From: an uncultured Muribaculaceae bacterium
GTDB taxonomy: Bacteria; Bacillota_I; Bacilli_A; RF39; UBA660
NCBI GenBank assembly: GCA_964546995.1
Contig: CAZJKO010000005.1
Coordinates: 1 to 47,413 of the forward strand
Length of the DNA: 47,413 nt
Direction: 5' to 3'
Both the position numbers and the translations under genes were made by a program. The notes under the pieces were generated by a model, which saw only the letters and a program-made list of their open reading frames with translations, was not told where the DNA came from and did not search any database. Below, piece after piece: positions 27,961 through 36,899 of the stretch (positions are counted from its first letter, which is position 1; the number at the start of each line of letters is the position of its first letter).

Positions 27961-29337
27961 TTAAAATTCTATTTTACGTTGAATATACTCTACTACTTCT
28001 TCTAGTTTTAGGGTAATTTGTTCCATGGTATCACGGTCTCTTATCGTTACTGTATTTTCTTTTAATGTATTGTCATCGATGGTGATACAAAATGGGGTTC
28101 CCGATGCATCTTGACGGCGATACCGTTTTCCAATGGTTCCTGCTTCATCATATGTCGTCATAAAGTATTTACTCCATGTTTCAAATAGTTCTAACGCTTT
28201 TTCACTATGGTACTTTTTAATGAGAGGAAGGACTGCAATTTTATATGGAGCAAGAGCTGGATGCAATTTCATGACTTCTCTTGTTTCATTTCCTTCTAGT
28301 GGTTCTTCACGATATGCTTCCGATAGGAATGCTAAGACGACGCGGTCTGCTCCAAGGCTCGGTTCAATGACATAAGGGATATATTTTTCGTTGGTATCAG
28401 GATCTAAGTATTCCATACTTTGTTTCGAAACATTTTGATGGCTCGTTAGATCATAATCTGTACGTGACGCGATTCCCCATAGTTCTCCCCAGCCAAACGG
28501 AAATAAATATTCAATGTCGGTTGTTGCATTACTATAGAAAGATAGTTCTTCTTGATCGTGATCGCGAAGGCGCAAATGCTCGTTTTCCATTCCTAAATTT
28601 AACAAGAAATTATGGCAGTATTCTTTCCAGTATTTAAACCATTCTAATTCTTCCCCTGGCTTACAGAAAAACTCTAGTTCCATCTGTTCGAATTCTCTCA
28701 TTCTGAACGTAAAATTACCTGGAGTAATTTCATTTCGGAAGCTTTTTCCTATTTGGGCAATACCAAAGGGTAGTTTTTTCCGCATACTACGCTCTACATT
28801 TAAAAAGTTTGTAAAAATTCCCTGTGCTGTTTCTGGTCTTAGATAGATTGTTGCACTACTATCTTCTGTTACACCTTGAAACGTTTTGAACATTAGGTTG
28901 AATTGACGAATATCCGTGTAATCCATTTTGCCGCATTTTGGACATACAATGTTATGTTCTTTGATATAGGACATCAGTTTTTCGTTTTCCCAACCACCTG
29001 CTTCTATTTCTCCGTTCGATGCTTCTTCAATTAATTTATCTGCGCGGTGTCTCGTTTTACAGTGTTTGCAATCGATTAAAGGATCGTTGAAGGCGGTTAA
29101 ATGTCCACTTGCTTCCCATACTTTGGGATTCATTAAAATGGCTGAATCTAGTCCTACATTGTAACGGCTTTCTTGGACAAACTTTTTAAGCCATGCTTTT
29201 TTGACGTTGTTTTTTAACTCGACTCCTAGTGGTCCATAATCCCAAGTGTTTGCTAGTCCACCATAGATTTCGCTTCCTTGAAAAATAAATCCATACTGTT
29301 TACAAGCATTTACTAATTTTTCCATTGATCTTTCCAT
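27961..29337 (-). CDS. glyQS: Glycine--tRNA ligase (alpha2 type)
   Basis: [41 protein letters not shown]. Confidence 0.97.
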   Translation of the reverse strand: MERSMEKLVNACKQYGFIFQGSEIYGGLANTWDYGPLGVELKNNVKKAWLKKFVQESRYNVGLDSAILMNPKVWEASGHLTAFNDPLIDCKHCKTRHRADKLIEEASNGEIEAGGWENEKLMSYIKEHNIVCPKCGKMDYTDIRQFNLMFKTFQGVTEDSSATIYLRPETAQGIFTNFLNVERSMRKKLPFGIAQIGKSFRNEITPGNFTFRMREFEQMELEFFCKPGEELEWFKYWKEYCHNFLLNLGMENEHLRLRDHDQEELSFYSNATTDIEYLFPFGWGELWGIASRTDYDLTSHQNVSKQSMEYLDPDTNEKYIPYVIEPSLGADRVVLAFLSEAYREEPLEGNETREVMKLHPALAPYKIAVLPLIKKYHSEKALELFETWSKYFMTTYDEAGTIGKRYRRQDASGTPFCITIDDNTLKENTVTIRDRDTMEQITLKLEEVVEYIQRKIEF

Positions 29338-29349
29338 ATTTTCCTCCTT

Positions 29350-29508
29350 AAAATGAAAAGGACCTTACCTTCTAGAGACGAGGCTGTACCACGCGGTTCC
29401 ACTCTAGTTATTCTCGATAAGAATCCCTTTTATTCTATTGCTCCCGGGTTCCAAACCGATCATCGCATTGATACTATCAATTGTACGCGAAGTTTCGAAA
29501 CGCGTCAA
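29350..29508 (-). promoter_or_regulatory. Promoter plus minimal T-box leader of glyQS
   Basis: TTGACG-17 bp-TACAAT; T-box AACTAGAGTGGAACCGCG...CGTCTCT antiterminator; only a 29-nt stem I and a small stem III. Confidence 0.8.
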
Positions 29509-29517
29509 TCTTTTTTG

Positions 29518-29955
29518 TTAAATAAACGAATTTAATACGATGGCTACTAGCGATCCATAGAGTACTCCAACTAAGACTTCAACGGGGTTATGTCCTAATT
29601 CTTCTTTTAAATGAGCCAAGGCTTTTTTCTTGTTGTGAAACATTTCATCGATGATTTGATTTAAAACGATGGCTTGATTGCCACTTTCTTTTCTTAATCC
29701 CATAGCATCGTAACAGACAATTAAAGAAAAGACGACTGCTACTGCAAAAAGAGGACTCGTTATCCCTTCTTTTAGAAGAACTGCTACGGTTATAGAAGAA
29801 CAAAAGGCTGAATGACTACTAGGCATTCCCCCACTTCCATTTAATAGCCTTGACCACTTGAACTTTTTTTCTTGCATTGATTCGATCGTAAATTTAATAA
29901 ATTGTGTCGTGACTAAAGCGATGAAGGGAACGATGAGAAAATAATACTCTTTCAT
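29518..29955 (-). CDS. Divergent PAP2 family (DUF212) membrane protein
   Basis: GSGGMPSSHSA, YDAMGLR..SG.QA, LKEELGHNPVEV. Confidence 0.92.
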   Translation of the reverse strand: MKEYYFLIVPFIALVTTQFIKFTIESMQEKKFKWSRLLNGSGGMPSSHSAFCSSITVAVLLKEGITSPLFAVAVVFSLIVCYDAMGLRKESGNQAIVLNQIIDEMFHNKKKALAHLKEELGHNPVEVLVGVLYGSLVAIVLNSFI

Positions 29956-29970
29956 AATAATCCTTTCTAT

Positions 29971-30708
29971 TTAACTTACTTTCGTTAGATTTTGTAAGAA
30001 TTTTTTGCTTTTTAAATAAAGTCCTGTATAGCGATCATAGTAATCGTCGATGAAGTCATTTATTTCTTTTAAGACCGTATCTTTTACTTCTAATTTGGAA
30101 ATTTTATCGATTTCCACATAGAAAAACATTCGGATTAATTTGATTGCTTTATCGCTAATTATTTTTTGATTGGTATGGCAAGAAGCACAGACGAATCCTC
30201 CGCTTCCTGCATCGATCGTTAAAATAGCTTTATCGCTTCCGCATAAGGCACAGTGATCAATCATGGGTTGTACACCTAAATAAGCAAGGGTTTTTAGTTC
30301 GAATATGCAAGTTAAAATGGCTGGAGAAAAACCTTCGTTCATTTTTTTTAAGGTTGCGATAAACACCGAATAAATTTGTTCTTCTTCCATCTGTCTTAAT
30401 ACTTGATCGACTAATTCTAATAAGTAAGATGCATAAGTAATACAAGTTAGATCCGTCATAATCTTTTTAAAGGAATCGATGATATCGACAGCAATGAGGG
30501 TCGATAAACCATTTTCTTTATAATAAATATGAAAAGAACCGTATATTAGCTTGGCGCTTACAGCACGAAGAGGACTCTTCATCTTACGGCAGCCTTTTGA
30601 GAGAACACCAATTTTTCCATATTCTTTGGTAAAAATATTTAGAATCTTGCTCGATTCACTATAATTGGTTTCGCTAATTACGATTCCTTCCACTTTTTCA
30701 ATTGTCAC
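29971..30708 (-). CDS. recO: DNA repair protein RecO
   Basis: GIVI..NYSESSKIL..FT..YGKI, CxxC..GGFVCxxC; era-recO synteny. Confidence 0.95.
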   Translation of the reverse strand: MTIEKVEGIVISETNYSESSKILNIFTKEYGKIGVLSKGCRKMKSPLRAVSAKLIYGSFHIYYKENGLSTLIAVDIIDSFKKIMTDLTCITYASYLLELVDQVLRQMEEEQIYSVFIATLKKMNEGFSPAILTCIFELKTLAYLGVQPMIDHCALCGSDKAILTIDAGSGGFVCASCHTNQKIISDKAIKLIRMFFYVEIDKISKLEVKDTVLKEINDFIDDYYDRYTGLYLKSKKFLQNLTKVS

Positions 30709-30715
30709 TTTTTTC

Positions 30716-30799
30716 TCACTTCGCCTTCAATTTACAAGCAAATAAGTAATAGTGAATATCACCTGTTTCCTTGAATAGATTCCAAAGAATTTCTTCCAT
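30716..30799 (-). CDS. yqzL: YqzL-family small protein (27 aa, MEEILWNLFKETGDIHYYLFACKLKAK)
   Basis: GAGGTG SD; W..F..TG.I..YL motif; era-yqzL-recO order as in Bacillus; absent from the ORF track. Confidence 0.8.
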   Translation of the reverse strand: MEEILWNLFKETGDIHYYLFACKLKAK

Positions 30800-30842
30800 T
30801 TTTCCCACCTCTTATTATTATCTTGAGGTAAATGGGAGAGTT

Positions 30843-31730
30843 TTATACATTTTCGTCTTCTTTTATTCCTAATTCTAATAAATACTTTTCTTTGTCGCGC
30901 CAATTTTTCATTGTTTTTACATATGTTTCTAAATACACTTTTTTGTTTAAAAATTGTTCCATTTCCCATCTTGCTTTGGTACCGATTTCTTTTAGCATGC
31001 TTCCGCCTTTTCCAATGATCATTTTTTTTAAATTGTCGCGATCGACAACAATAACGACGCCAATCGATACTTTCTCTTGTTCTTCTTGATAGGTTTCCGT
31101 ATAACACGTTATGGCATAGGGAACTTCTTGTTTCGTTAATTTCAATGCTTGTTCTCTTACCATTTCGCTCATGATAAAACGTGTCGATACATTCGTTAAT
31201 TCTTCTTGATCAAAGTAAGCATCTCCTTCTTCTAAGTAGCGTTTTATCGTTTCGATTAAATCCGATAGATTGTCTTTTTTTAATGCCGAAATAGGAATTA
31301 TTTCTTTAAAGGGATACTGTTTTTGATACGTTTCGATCAAGGGAAAAAGCGTTTCTTTTTTTATTTTATCAATTTTGTTTAGTAAAAGAAAAACCGTTTT
31401 ATTTTTAGGAAGTCTCGTTATTAAACGTTCATCGCCTTTACGATATCCTTTTTCCGCATCTACTAAAAGCAGTATGACATCTACATCAGAGGATACTGAA
31501 TACGCTTTTTGGTTTAAGACATTTTCTAGTTTATTGAGTGGTTTTTGAACACCTGGTGTATCGATGAAAACAATTTGAGAATCCTCATCGTTATAAATTC
31601 CTTGAATAATATTTCTAGTCGTTCCTCTTTTATCTGATGTAATTGCTAGATGGATATCTAAAAGGGCATTTAAGAGAGTACTTTTTCCCACATTAGGGCG
31701 ACCCATTAAGCTAACGAAACCGCGTTTCAT
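30843..31730 (-). CDS. era: GTPase Era
   Basis: GRPNVGKSTL, DTPG, NKID, IIGKGG KH domain. Confidence 0.97.
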   Translation of the reverse strand: MKRGFVSLMGRPNVGKSTLLNALLDIHLAITSDKRGTTRNIIQGIYNDEDSQIVFIDTPGVQKPLNKLENVLNQKAYSVSSDVDVILLLVDAEKGYRKGDERLITRLPKNKTVFLLLNKIDKIKKETLFPLIETYQKQYPFKEIIPISALKKDNLSDLIETIKRYLEEGDAYFDQEELTNVSTRFIMSEMVREQALKLTKQEVPYAITCYTETYQEEQEKVSIGVVIVVDRDNLKKMIIGKGGSMLKEIGTKARWEMEQFLNKKVYLETYVKTMKNWRDKEKYLLELGIKEDENV

Positions 31731-32113
31731 GCTAAATCCTCTTGGTCAAATGCAAATGGCGTCAGTTCTTTGACACTATGTTCTTCTTTTTCTAATTTGT
31801 TGTTATAGAATATTACTTTACAAGATGGTTCGAAGAATTCCGTCATCATTTGCCTACATAGAAAACAGCAAGAGGAAATACGGTCACGATCGACCATGAT
31901 CGACAAGGTACTAAAATCACCTTTACGATATCCTTCGGATACTGCTTTTAATATTGCCACTCGTTCGGCACATACGGTAGCTCCAAACGATGCGTTTTCG
32001 ACATTGACGCCTTCGAAAGCTCGTCCATCTTTCATGGTGACAATGGCTGCTACTCTAAACTGTGAGTACGGTGCATAACTTTTGTTTAACAATTCGAATA
32101 ATTTTTGTTCCAT
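31727..32113 (-). CDS. cdd: Cytidine deaminase
   Basis: YAPYSQF, GVNVENAS, CAER, CFLCRQ. Confidence 0.95.
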   Translation of the reverse strand: MEQKLFELLNKSYAPYSQFRVAAIVTMKDGRAFEGVNVENASFGATVCAERVAILKAVSEGYRKGDFSTLSIMVDRDRISSCCFLCRQMMTEFFEPSCKVIFYNNKLEKEEHSVKELTPFAFDQEDLA

Positions 32114-32125
32114 ACGTCCTCCTTT

Positions 32126-32518
32126 TTAAAGACTAAATAGTTTGGGAATAAAGATCACTAGACCTATGACGAATGCGACAACGGATAAGACAAAAACGGC
32201 TGCACTGGCTGTATCTTTTGCGATTTTCGCATAGGGATGAATATCGGGCATCGCCATATCAACGGTCGCTTCTATTGCGGTATTTAACAGTTCCGCTGCT
32301 AAAATAAAGCCAATCATGATGAGACATAATAACCATTCTACTAAATGGAGATGAAAGATGAGTCCAAAGATTACAACAAGAATCGTAACACCTGTATGAA
32401 TCCATAAACTTTGCTCATTTAGATAGGCATATTTTAATCCAGCGAGGGAATATTTAAAACTATTTTTAAACCGTTTTAATCCTTTTTTCTTTCTTTTATT
32501 GATTCCTTTTGATCCCAT
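32126..32518 (-). CDS. dgkA: Diacylglycerol/undecaprenol kinase
   Basis: ELLNTAIEATVD, AKIAKDTASAAV. Confidence 0.93.
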   Translation of the reverse strand: MGSKGINKRKKKGLKRFKNSFKYSLAGLKYAYLNEQSLWIHTGVTILVVIFGLIFHLHLVEWLLCLIMIGFILAAELLNTAIEATVDMAMPDIHPYAKIAKDTASAAVFVLSVVAFVIGLVIFIPKLFSL

Positions 32519-32951
32519 ATGAATCTAGTACCTCCTCTTGTTTTTGAAACATTATTTTTTCTTCCTCTTTCGTTTGATGATCATATCCTAACAAATGGTA
32601 GAATCCATGTACTGCTAAAAAAGATAGTTCGCGCAAGAAGGAATGACCATACTTTACTGCTTGTTCTTTCGCTTGGTCATAAGAAATATAAATGTCTCCT
32701 AATATCCGATATTTGCTTTTCGTTACGACTCTTTTCTCGTCTTCTAAAGCAAAGGTGATGACATCAGTCGGATGATCGATGTTGCGATACGTTTTATTTA
32801 GTTCGTGAATTTTTTCTTGATCTGTCACGATCACATTGAAAGTCGTATGGTTTAATTTTTCTTTTTTTAATGCATACAACAATACTTTTTTGATTTGTTT
32901 TATTTCTTTTATTTTTCCTTCGATCTCTTGATAGATAAACACTTTATTCAT
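32496..32951 (-). CDS. ybeY: rRNA maturation RNase YbeY
   Basis: PTDVITF, LGDIYIS, HGFYHLLGYDH; start behind AGGAGG. Confidence 0.95.
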   Translation of the reverse strand: MNKVFIYQEIEGKIKEIKQIKKVLLYALKKEKLNHTTFNVIVTDQEKIHELNKTYRNIDHPTDVITFALEDEKRVVTKSKYRILGDIYISYDQAKEQAVKYGHSFLRELSFLAVHGFYHLLGYDHQTKEEEKIMFQKQEEVLDSYGIKRNQ

Positions 32952-32965
32952 GAGTCCTCCTATTT

Positions 32966-33577
32966 CTATAATACTAATACGATCATTCCTGCCACAACTA
33001 GTATCGATAAAATATTTAAAAACCATTCTTTGTGAAACAAGCTTGGACATATGGAGCCAATTTTATCGAGACACTTGTATATTGAAAAGCCCAATAAACC
33101 TCCGATAATATTTAGCAAAATGTCATCGACATCGAACACTCGTCCAATCGCTAGTTGGGTACATTCTATGGCAATCGATGCCATTAGAATTAAGAAAAAG
33201 GGAGTGGTATATTTTTCTAGTTTTACATAATACCCTATAAAAAATCCATAAGGAAAGAAAAGAAGCATATTGCCTAAGACATTTTTAAAAAATAAACGGC
33301 TACCAATATGATACCTCATAATTTCTTTAAAGGGAATAAAATTATTTGACGCATAACTTGTTACATCTTGGAATGTGACGACTTGGAATAAACAAAGAAT
33401 ATAAATGATAAACGCTAACATCAATAGTTCTTTATAAAAGACGACATGTTCTTTTTGTTTATATAGATAGGTAACTCGCAACGATACGATAATAATGATG
33501 GAAATAAAAAGCATGGGCCAAGTAAATTCCATGACGCCATGAATTGTTTTTGTCAAAGGGGAAAGCAAATGCATCAC
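32966..33577 (-). CDS. VanZ-family membrane protein
   Basis: NFIPF, GNMLLFFPYG, IECTQ, GRVFDVDDILLN. Confidence 0.9.
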   Translation of the reverse strand: MMHLLSPLTKTIHGVMEFTWPMLFISIIIIVSLRVTYLYKQKEHVVFYKELLMLAFIIYILCLFQVVTFQDVTSYASNNFIPFKEIMRYHIGSRLFFKNVLGNMLLFFPYGFFIGYYVKLEKYTTPFFLILMASIAIECTQLAIGRVFDVDDILLNIIGGLLGFSIYKCLDKIGSICPSLFHKEWFLNILSILVVAGMIVLVL

Positions 33578-34737
33578 TCCTGTTCTTCGGTTTCTACTAA
33601 AGGTATTTCTATATGATCTGTGATATCCTCCGATACTTTAAAAAATACATCTACTATTATTTTACTCTCTTTTTCGACAATTTTCAAAGTTTTTTGAAAA
33701 ATTATTTCATCTCTTTCCCCTAATATTTTTTTTAATTTTTCACTTGCTAAAGTAGTTGCTTTTATAACGGCTTCTTCTTTGGTATAGATTTCGTCGATGA
33801 CGGACAATTCTTTTTGGTTACTGTATTCGATTGCGATTGGTAATAAGGGGTTTTTGGCAATGGTTATGACGGTTTCTCGTTTATGCTTAAAGGGAGTTAA
33901 ATCAAATAGAGAAAAAGTACGGTTTAAAAACCTAAATTGAATTTTCTTTTTGGTTTTACCTGTTAGGCTTTCTTCTTTATAGTGAAGAGGCATTTCTATT
34001 GTCGATTGATACCACGTTTCGGCATAGACGGTTCCTTCTGCTCTTATTTTAGCCATTTCTTGATCTTGATTTTTGATAATTCCTGTGATAATGATATCTC
34101 CTTTTTTTACGTAATCATTTTTCTTTTTGACGATTTCTCCCGATGTAGCATCGATTTTTAAAATCATGCCATCTTTTTTGGCAATCACATTTTGAGCGGT
34201 TTCTTCTTGATGATACTCTTTTATTTTGCGTTCTTCTACTTTGACCATGTACTTTGTCCCTACTCGTTCTATTTCCAACCATTCAATTGTATCTTTATGT
34301 TTTTCTAGAATTTTTTGGACAATTCTTTCTTGTTTTTCAAATGAAACTTGGAGATGTAATTTTTTTATGCCTTCGTTTTCTAGTTCTTCTAAGATAAGAG
34401 AACGGATTTCTTTTTTGGAATGGACGACTTCGATATCGAAGGTTAGATGCGATAAGAATAATAATACAAAAAGACCTACTCCTAATACGATAAGAAAGAG
34501 AGCATTCATTTTGAGTTGATACATCCATTTTAGAAAGCCCGTTCTTTTTAGAATGGTTATTTGATAAGTCGTTTTGATTTTTTTTATTTTGCGATACGTT
34601 TCTTCATCTACTTTGACCAATAGTTCCTTGTCTTTGATATCGATTTTGTAGAGGGGAAGATGAAGTTTATAGAGAACTTTTAGGAAACGTCGGGGATCTT
34701 TACCAGTAATTTTTAATTCGTATAATCCTTTGTTCAC
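33574..34737 (-). CDS. yqfD: Sporulation protein YqfD
   Basis: Single TM, IAKKDGMI, VKKGDIIITG, RAEGTVYAETWY; follows yqfC. Confidence 0.88.
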   Translation of the reverse strand: MNKGLYELKITGKDPRRFLKVLYKLHLPLYKIDIKDKELLVKVDEETYRKIKKIKTTYQITILKRTGFLKWMYQLKMNALFLIVLGVGLFVLLFLSHLTFDIEVVHSKKEIRSLILEELENEGIKKLHLQVSFEKQERIVQKILEKHKDTIEWLEIERVGTKYMVKVEERKIKEYHQEETAQNVIAKKDGMILKIDATSGEIVKKKNDYVKKGDIIITGIIKNQDQEMAKIRAEGTVYAETWYQSTIEMPLHYKEESLTGKTKKKIQFRFLNRTFSLFDLTPFKHKRETVITIAKNPLLPIAIEYSNQKELSVIDEIYTKEEAVIKATTLASEKLKKILGERDEIIFQKTLKIVEKESKIIVDVFFKVSEDITDHIEIPLVETEEQE

Positions 34738-34741
34738 TTTG

Positions 34742-34987
34742 CTACTCCACCCACTCTAAAGAATGGATTTCTCCTTGGATTAGAATTTCATGATCCAAAA
34801 GCTTTTTCACAAGCAATTTGGTTCCTTTTAAGACCATTCTTTTATTCTCTATTTGCACACTTACTCTAGATGGTTCTAACGATAGTATTTCTTGATAATT
34901 GACGATATGAACGCGATTTTTAAAAATAGTCATACGAAATTCTTCATCTTTGATGTAGTCTTTAACTCTTTCTAGCATACCCTTCAC
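34742..34987 (-). CDS. yqfC: YabP/YqfC-family sporulation protein
   Basis: HIVNYQEIL, LKGTKLLVKKL..EILIQGEI; yqeY-yqfC-yqfD synteny; start may be ATG 34978. Confidence 0.82.
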   Translation of the reverse strand: MKGMLERVKDYIKDEEFRMTIFKNRVHIVNYQEILSLEPSRVSVQIENKRMVLKGTKLLVKKLLDHEILIQGEIHSLEWVE

Positions 34988-34995
34988 CCTAATTC

Positions 34996-35025
34996 ATTAT
35001 ATGACAATTCTAAGTTAGGATAGAC
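34996..35025 (-). promoter_or_regulatory. Candidate sigma-E promoter of yqfCD
   Basis: GTCTAT-16 bp-CATATAAT. Confidence 0.5.
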
Positions 35026-35063
35026 CTTATTCTAGAAAGAACAAAAAAAGAGAGCGAACTCTC

Positions 35064-35513
35064 TTATAACTGACTTAAGCGATCTTTTATTTTGGCACTA
35101 ACGATCGTCATATCGGCTTTGCCTTTTACTTTAGGGGTAAGGATGCCCATGATTTTTCCCATGTCTTTTGCACTAGTTGGTTGAACTTCTCCAAACACTT
35201 CTTCGATGATTTGATTTAGTTCTTCTTCTTTTAGTTGTTCTGGTAAATATCCTTTTAACATGTCGATTTCCTCACGGTTTTTATCGACTAAATCGGTTCT
35301 TCCTGCTTTTTCGAATTCTTTGATGGAATCGTTTCGCATTTTGATTTGTTTATTGATTACATCTAGTGCTAAATCATCATTTTCTTCTCTTTTGTGATCG
35401 ATCACGTCTTGTTTAATAGCCGCTTTGATCATACGGATTACCGTTAAACGATCTTTTTCTTTTTGTTTCATGGCATCGATCATATCTTGATTGATGCGTT
35501 CTATTAATGTCAT
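35064..35513 (-). CDS. yqeY: GatB/YqeY domain protein
   Basis: DMIDAMK, KQIKMRNDSI..F..AGR.DL, YLPEQL, KDMGKIMG. Confidence 0.93.
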   Translation of the reverse strand: MTLIERINQDMIDAMKQKEKDRLTVIRMIKAAIKQDVIDHKREENDDLALDVINKQIKMRNDSIKEFEKAGRTDLVDKNREEIDMLKGYLPEQLKEEELNQIIEEVFGEVQPTSAKDMGKIMGILTPKVKGKADMTIVSAKIKDRLSQL

Positions 35514-35551
35514 TTTACCTTCCCTTTCTTTAAAAAAGGAACTAGTTTTTC

Positions 35552-35746
35552 CTAGTCCCTATTGTTTCTACTACGTTTTTGAGCGTTTTTAATACCTGCT
35601 TTTTTTGCATTTCTTCTACGAACGCCTGGTTTATCATAGCATTCTCTTTTTTTGAACTCAGAAGGGACGCCATCTCTCGCTACTTTTTGCTTGAATTTTT
35701 TGATTGCCATATCAAGATTCCCATTGCGTACAGCTACATTTGTCAC
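35552..35746 (-). CDS. rpsU: 30S ribosomal protein S21
   Basis: AIKKFKQKV..G...E.KKRE.YDKP; upstream of yqeY. Confidence 0.92.
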   Translation of the reverse strand: MTNVAVRNGNLDMAIKKFKQKVARDGVPSEFKKRECYDKPGVRRRNAKKAGIKNAQKRSRNNRD

Positions 35747-35905
35747 TAATATCCCTCCCTTCGCGTTTTCTACAAACGATTATAGCACAAATCCCTTGTA
35801 AAATACAACAAAAAAATACATTTTTTGCGAATTCATTCTATTTTATTGTCTTCGTTATTATTAAATGCTTCTTTTTTGAATTTGTTTCTTAAAAATTTGA
35901 ATTTT

Positions 35906-36094
35906 TTAGTATGGAAAGGTTTCTAAAAAGTGATAAATGAGACGAAACAAACTCCCTATATACGTACCGATTTGAAAGAGAAAGGTTACGATAAGATTGG
36001 TTATTTGCAAAAGACAAGGCGACAACAAAATTAGAATTACTCCTACGATTTGTGTTCGATGAGTTTCCAGCCATATCCGTGTTTTTTTGTTCAT
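35906..36094 (-). CDS. Small membrane protein, candidate immunity protein
   Basis: 62 aa, basic N-terminus and two hydrophobic stretches; AGGTG SD; directly after the GG-peptide genes. Confidence 0.6.
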   Translation of the reverse strand: MNKKTRIWLETHRTQIVGVILILLSPCLLQITNLIVTFLFQIGTYIGSLFRLIYHFLETFPY

Positions 36095-36101
36095 TTTGCA
36101 C

Positions 36102-36284
36102 CTATTTTATGGTTGGAGAAATGGGACATAAGGCATCACTTTGCATTCTCCTAATAGCAGAGCCTAAGCTCCTTCCAACATCAAATAATAGACGTATCAA
36201 GGAGGTGGCTGAATTCATCAGTGACCCTGTTATGTTGACCCCTCCTTCTGTTTGTTTCAATTCTTTTGTGGTCATATTTTCCAT
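36102..36284 (-). CDS. Double-glycine leader peptide precursor 2 (bacteriocin/pheromone-like)
   Basis: MENMTTKELKQTEGG leader (15 aa) + 45-aa amphipathic core; AAGGAG SD. Confidence 0.85.
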   Translation of the reverse strand: MENMTTKELKQTEGGVNITGSLMNSATSLIRLLFDVGRSLGSAIRRMQSDALCPISPTIK

Positions 36285-36299
36285 GTTTCTTTTCTCCTT

Positions 36300-36446
36300 T
36301 CATTCTGTTGTTTCGCATGATTTGGGATGAATGATACCATCGACTATTCCTACTAGAAATACGACGACTGCGGCGATACCAATTCCTGCCCAAATAGAAA
36401 ATCCGCCGTTCATTTTTTTTAATTCTTCCTCACGAAGTTGTTGCAT
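36300..36446 (-). CDS. Double-glycine leader peptide precursor 1 (48 aa)
   Basis: MQQLREEELKKMNGG|FSIWAGIGIAAVVVFLVGIVDGIIHPKSCETTE; AAGGAG SD; absent from the ORF track. Confidence 0.85.
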   Translation of the reverse strand: MQQLREEELKKMNGGFSIWAGIGIAAVVVFLVGIVDGIIHPKSCETTE

Positions 36447-36449
36447 TTT

Positions 36450-36899
36450 CTACTCTCCTTTCCCGAAATCGCGAATGATTTCTAAGATTGTTTTTGTTTT
36501 TCCTTCTAACCAAAATTCGAAGACTAAGTTTTCTAATTTCGTATTTTTATATGTCGGTATTTTTAAAATAACCTTTTTGTAAAATTGGGTTCCTTCCGAA
36601 ATAATTTCTTTCTCTATTCTTTCTACTTCGTAACGATACCTTCTTCCGTTTATCTTTAATTTGGTCAATTCATCAAACCACTTTAAATCTCGTACTGGTA
36701 TGACAACCATAATTTCCTCATTTTTTAAAATGAGTCCTTCATACTTCGTACTTTTTATTAAATGCCTCGATGTAACCATCAACACTATCAATCCTGTCAA
36801 CAATATATAACTGATAAGGGTTTTAGCAAGGGGAAGTGGCTTTTCTCCTTGAATTTTCCTCTTGTAGTTTTTTACTGATGTATACGTGATCATGGACAA
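36450..36899 (-). CDS. Single-TM accessory protein, possibly a reduced membrane-fusion (HlyD-like) export partner
   Basis: One TM helix, beta-rich domain, ends ..KTKTILEII as in bacteriocin secretion accessory proteins; overlaps the transporter stop. Confidence 0.65.
   Translation of the reverse strand: MSMITYTSVKNYKRKIQGEKPLPLAKTLISYILLTGLIVLMVTSRHLIKSTKYEGLILKNEEIMVVIPVRDLKWFDELTKLKINGRRYRYEVERIEKEIISEGTQFYKKVILKIPTYKNTKLENLVFEFWLEGKTKTILEIIRDFGKGE

Noticed and set aside
24204-28375. Plus-strand ORFs across tsf, rpsB, rplT, infC and glyQS
   Set aside because: Antisense shadows of highly conserved genes
29353-29535. 60-aa plus-strand ORF
   Set aside because: Antisense to the glyQS T-box leader and promoter
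30727-31107. 126-aa minus-strand ORF
   Set aside because: Alternative frame overlapping era and yqzL
35889-36582. Alternative-frame ORFs 35889-36101, 36181-36393, 36052-36330 and 36331-36582
   Set aside because: They overlap the SD-supported GG-peptide and membrane-protein genes and have no motifs
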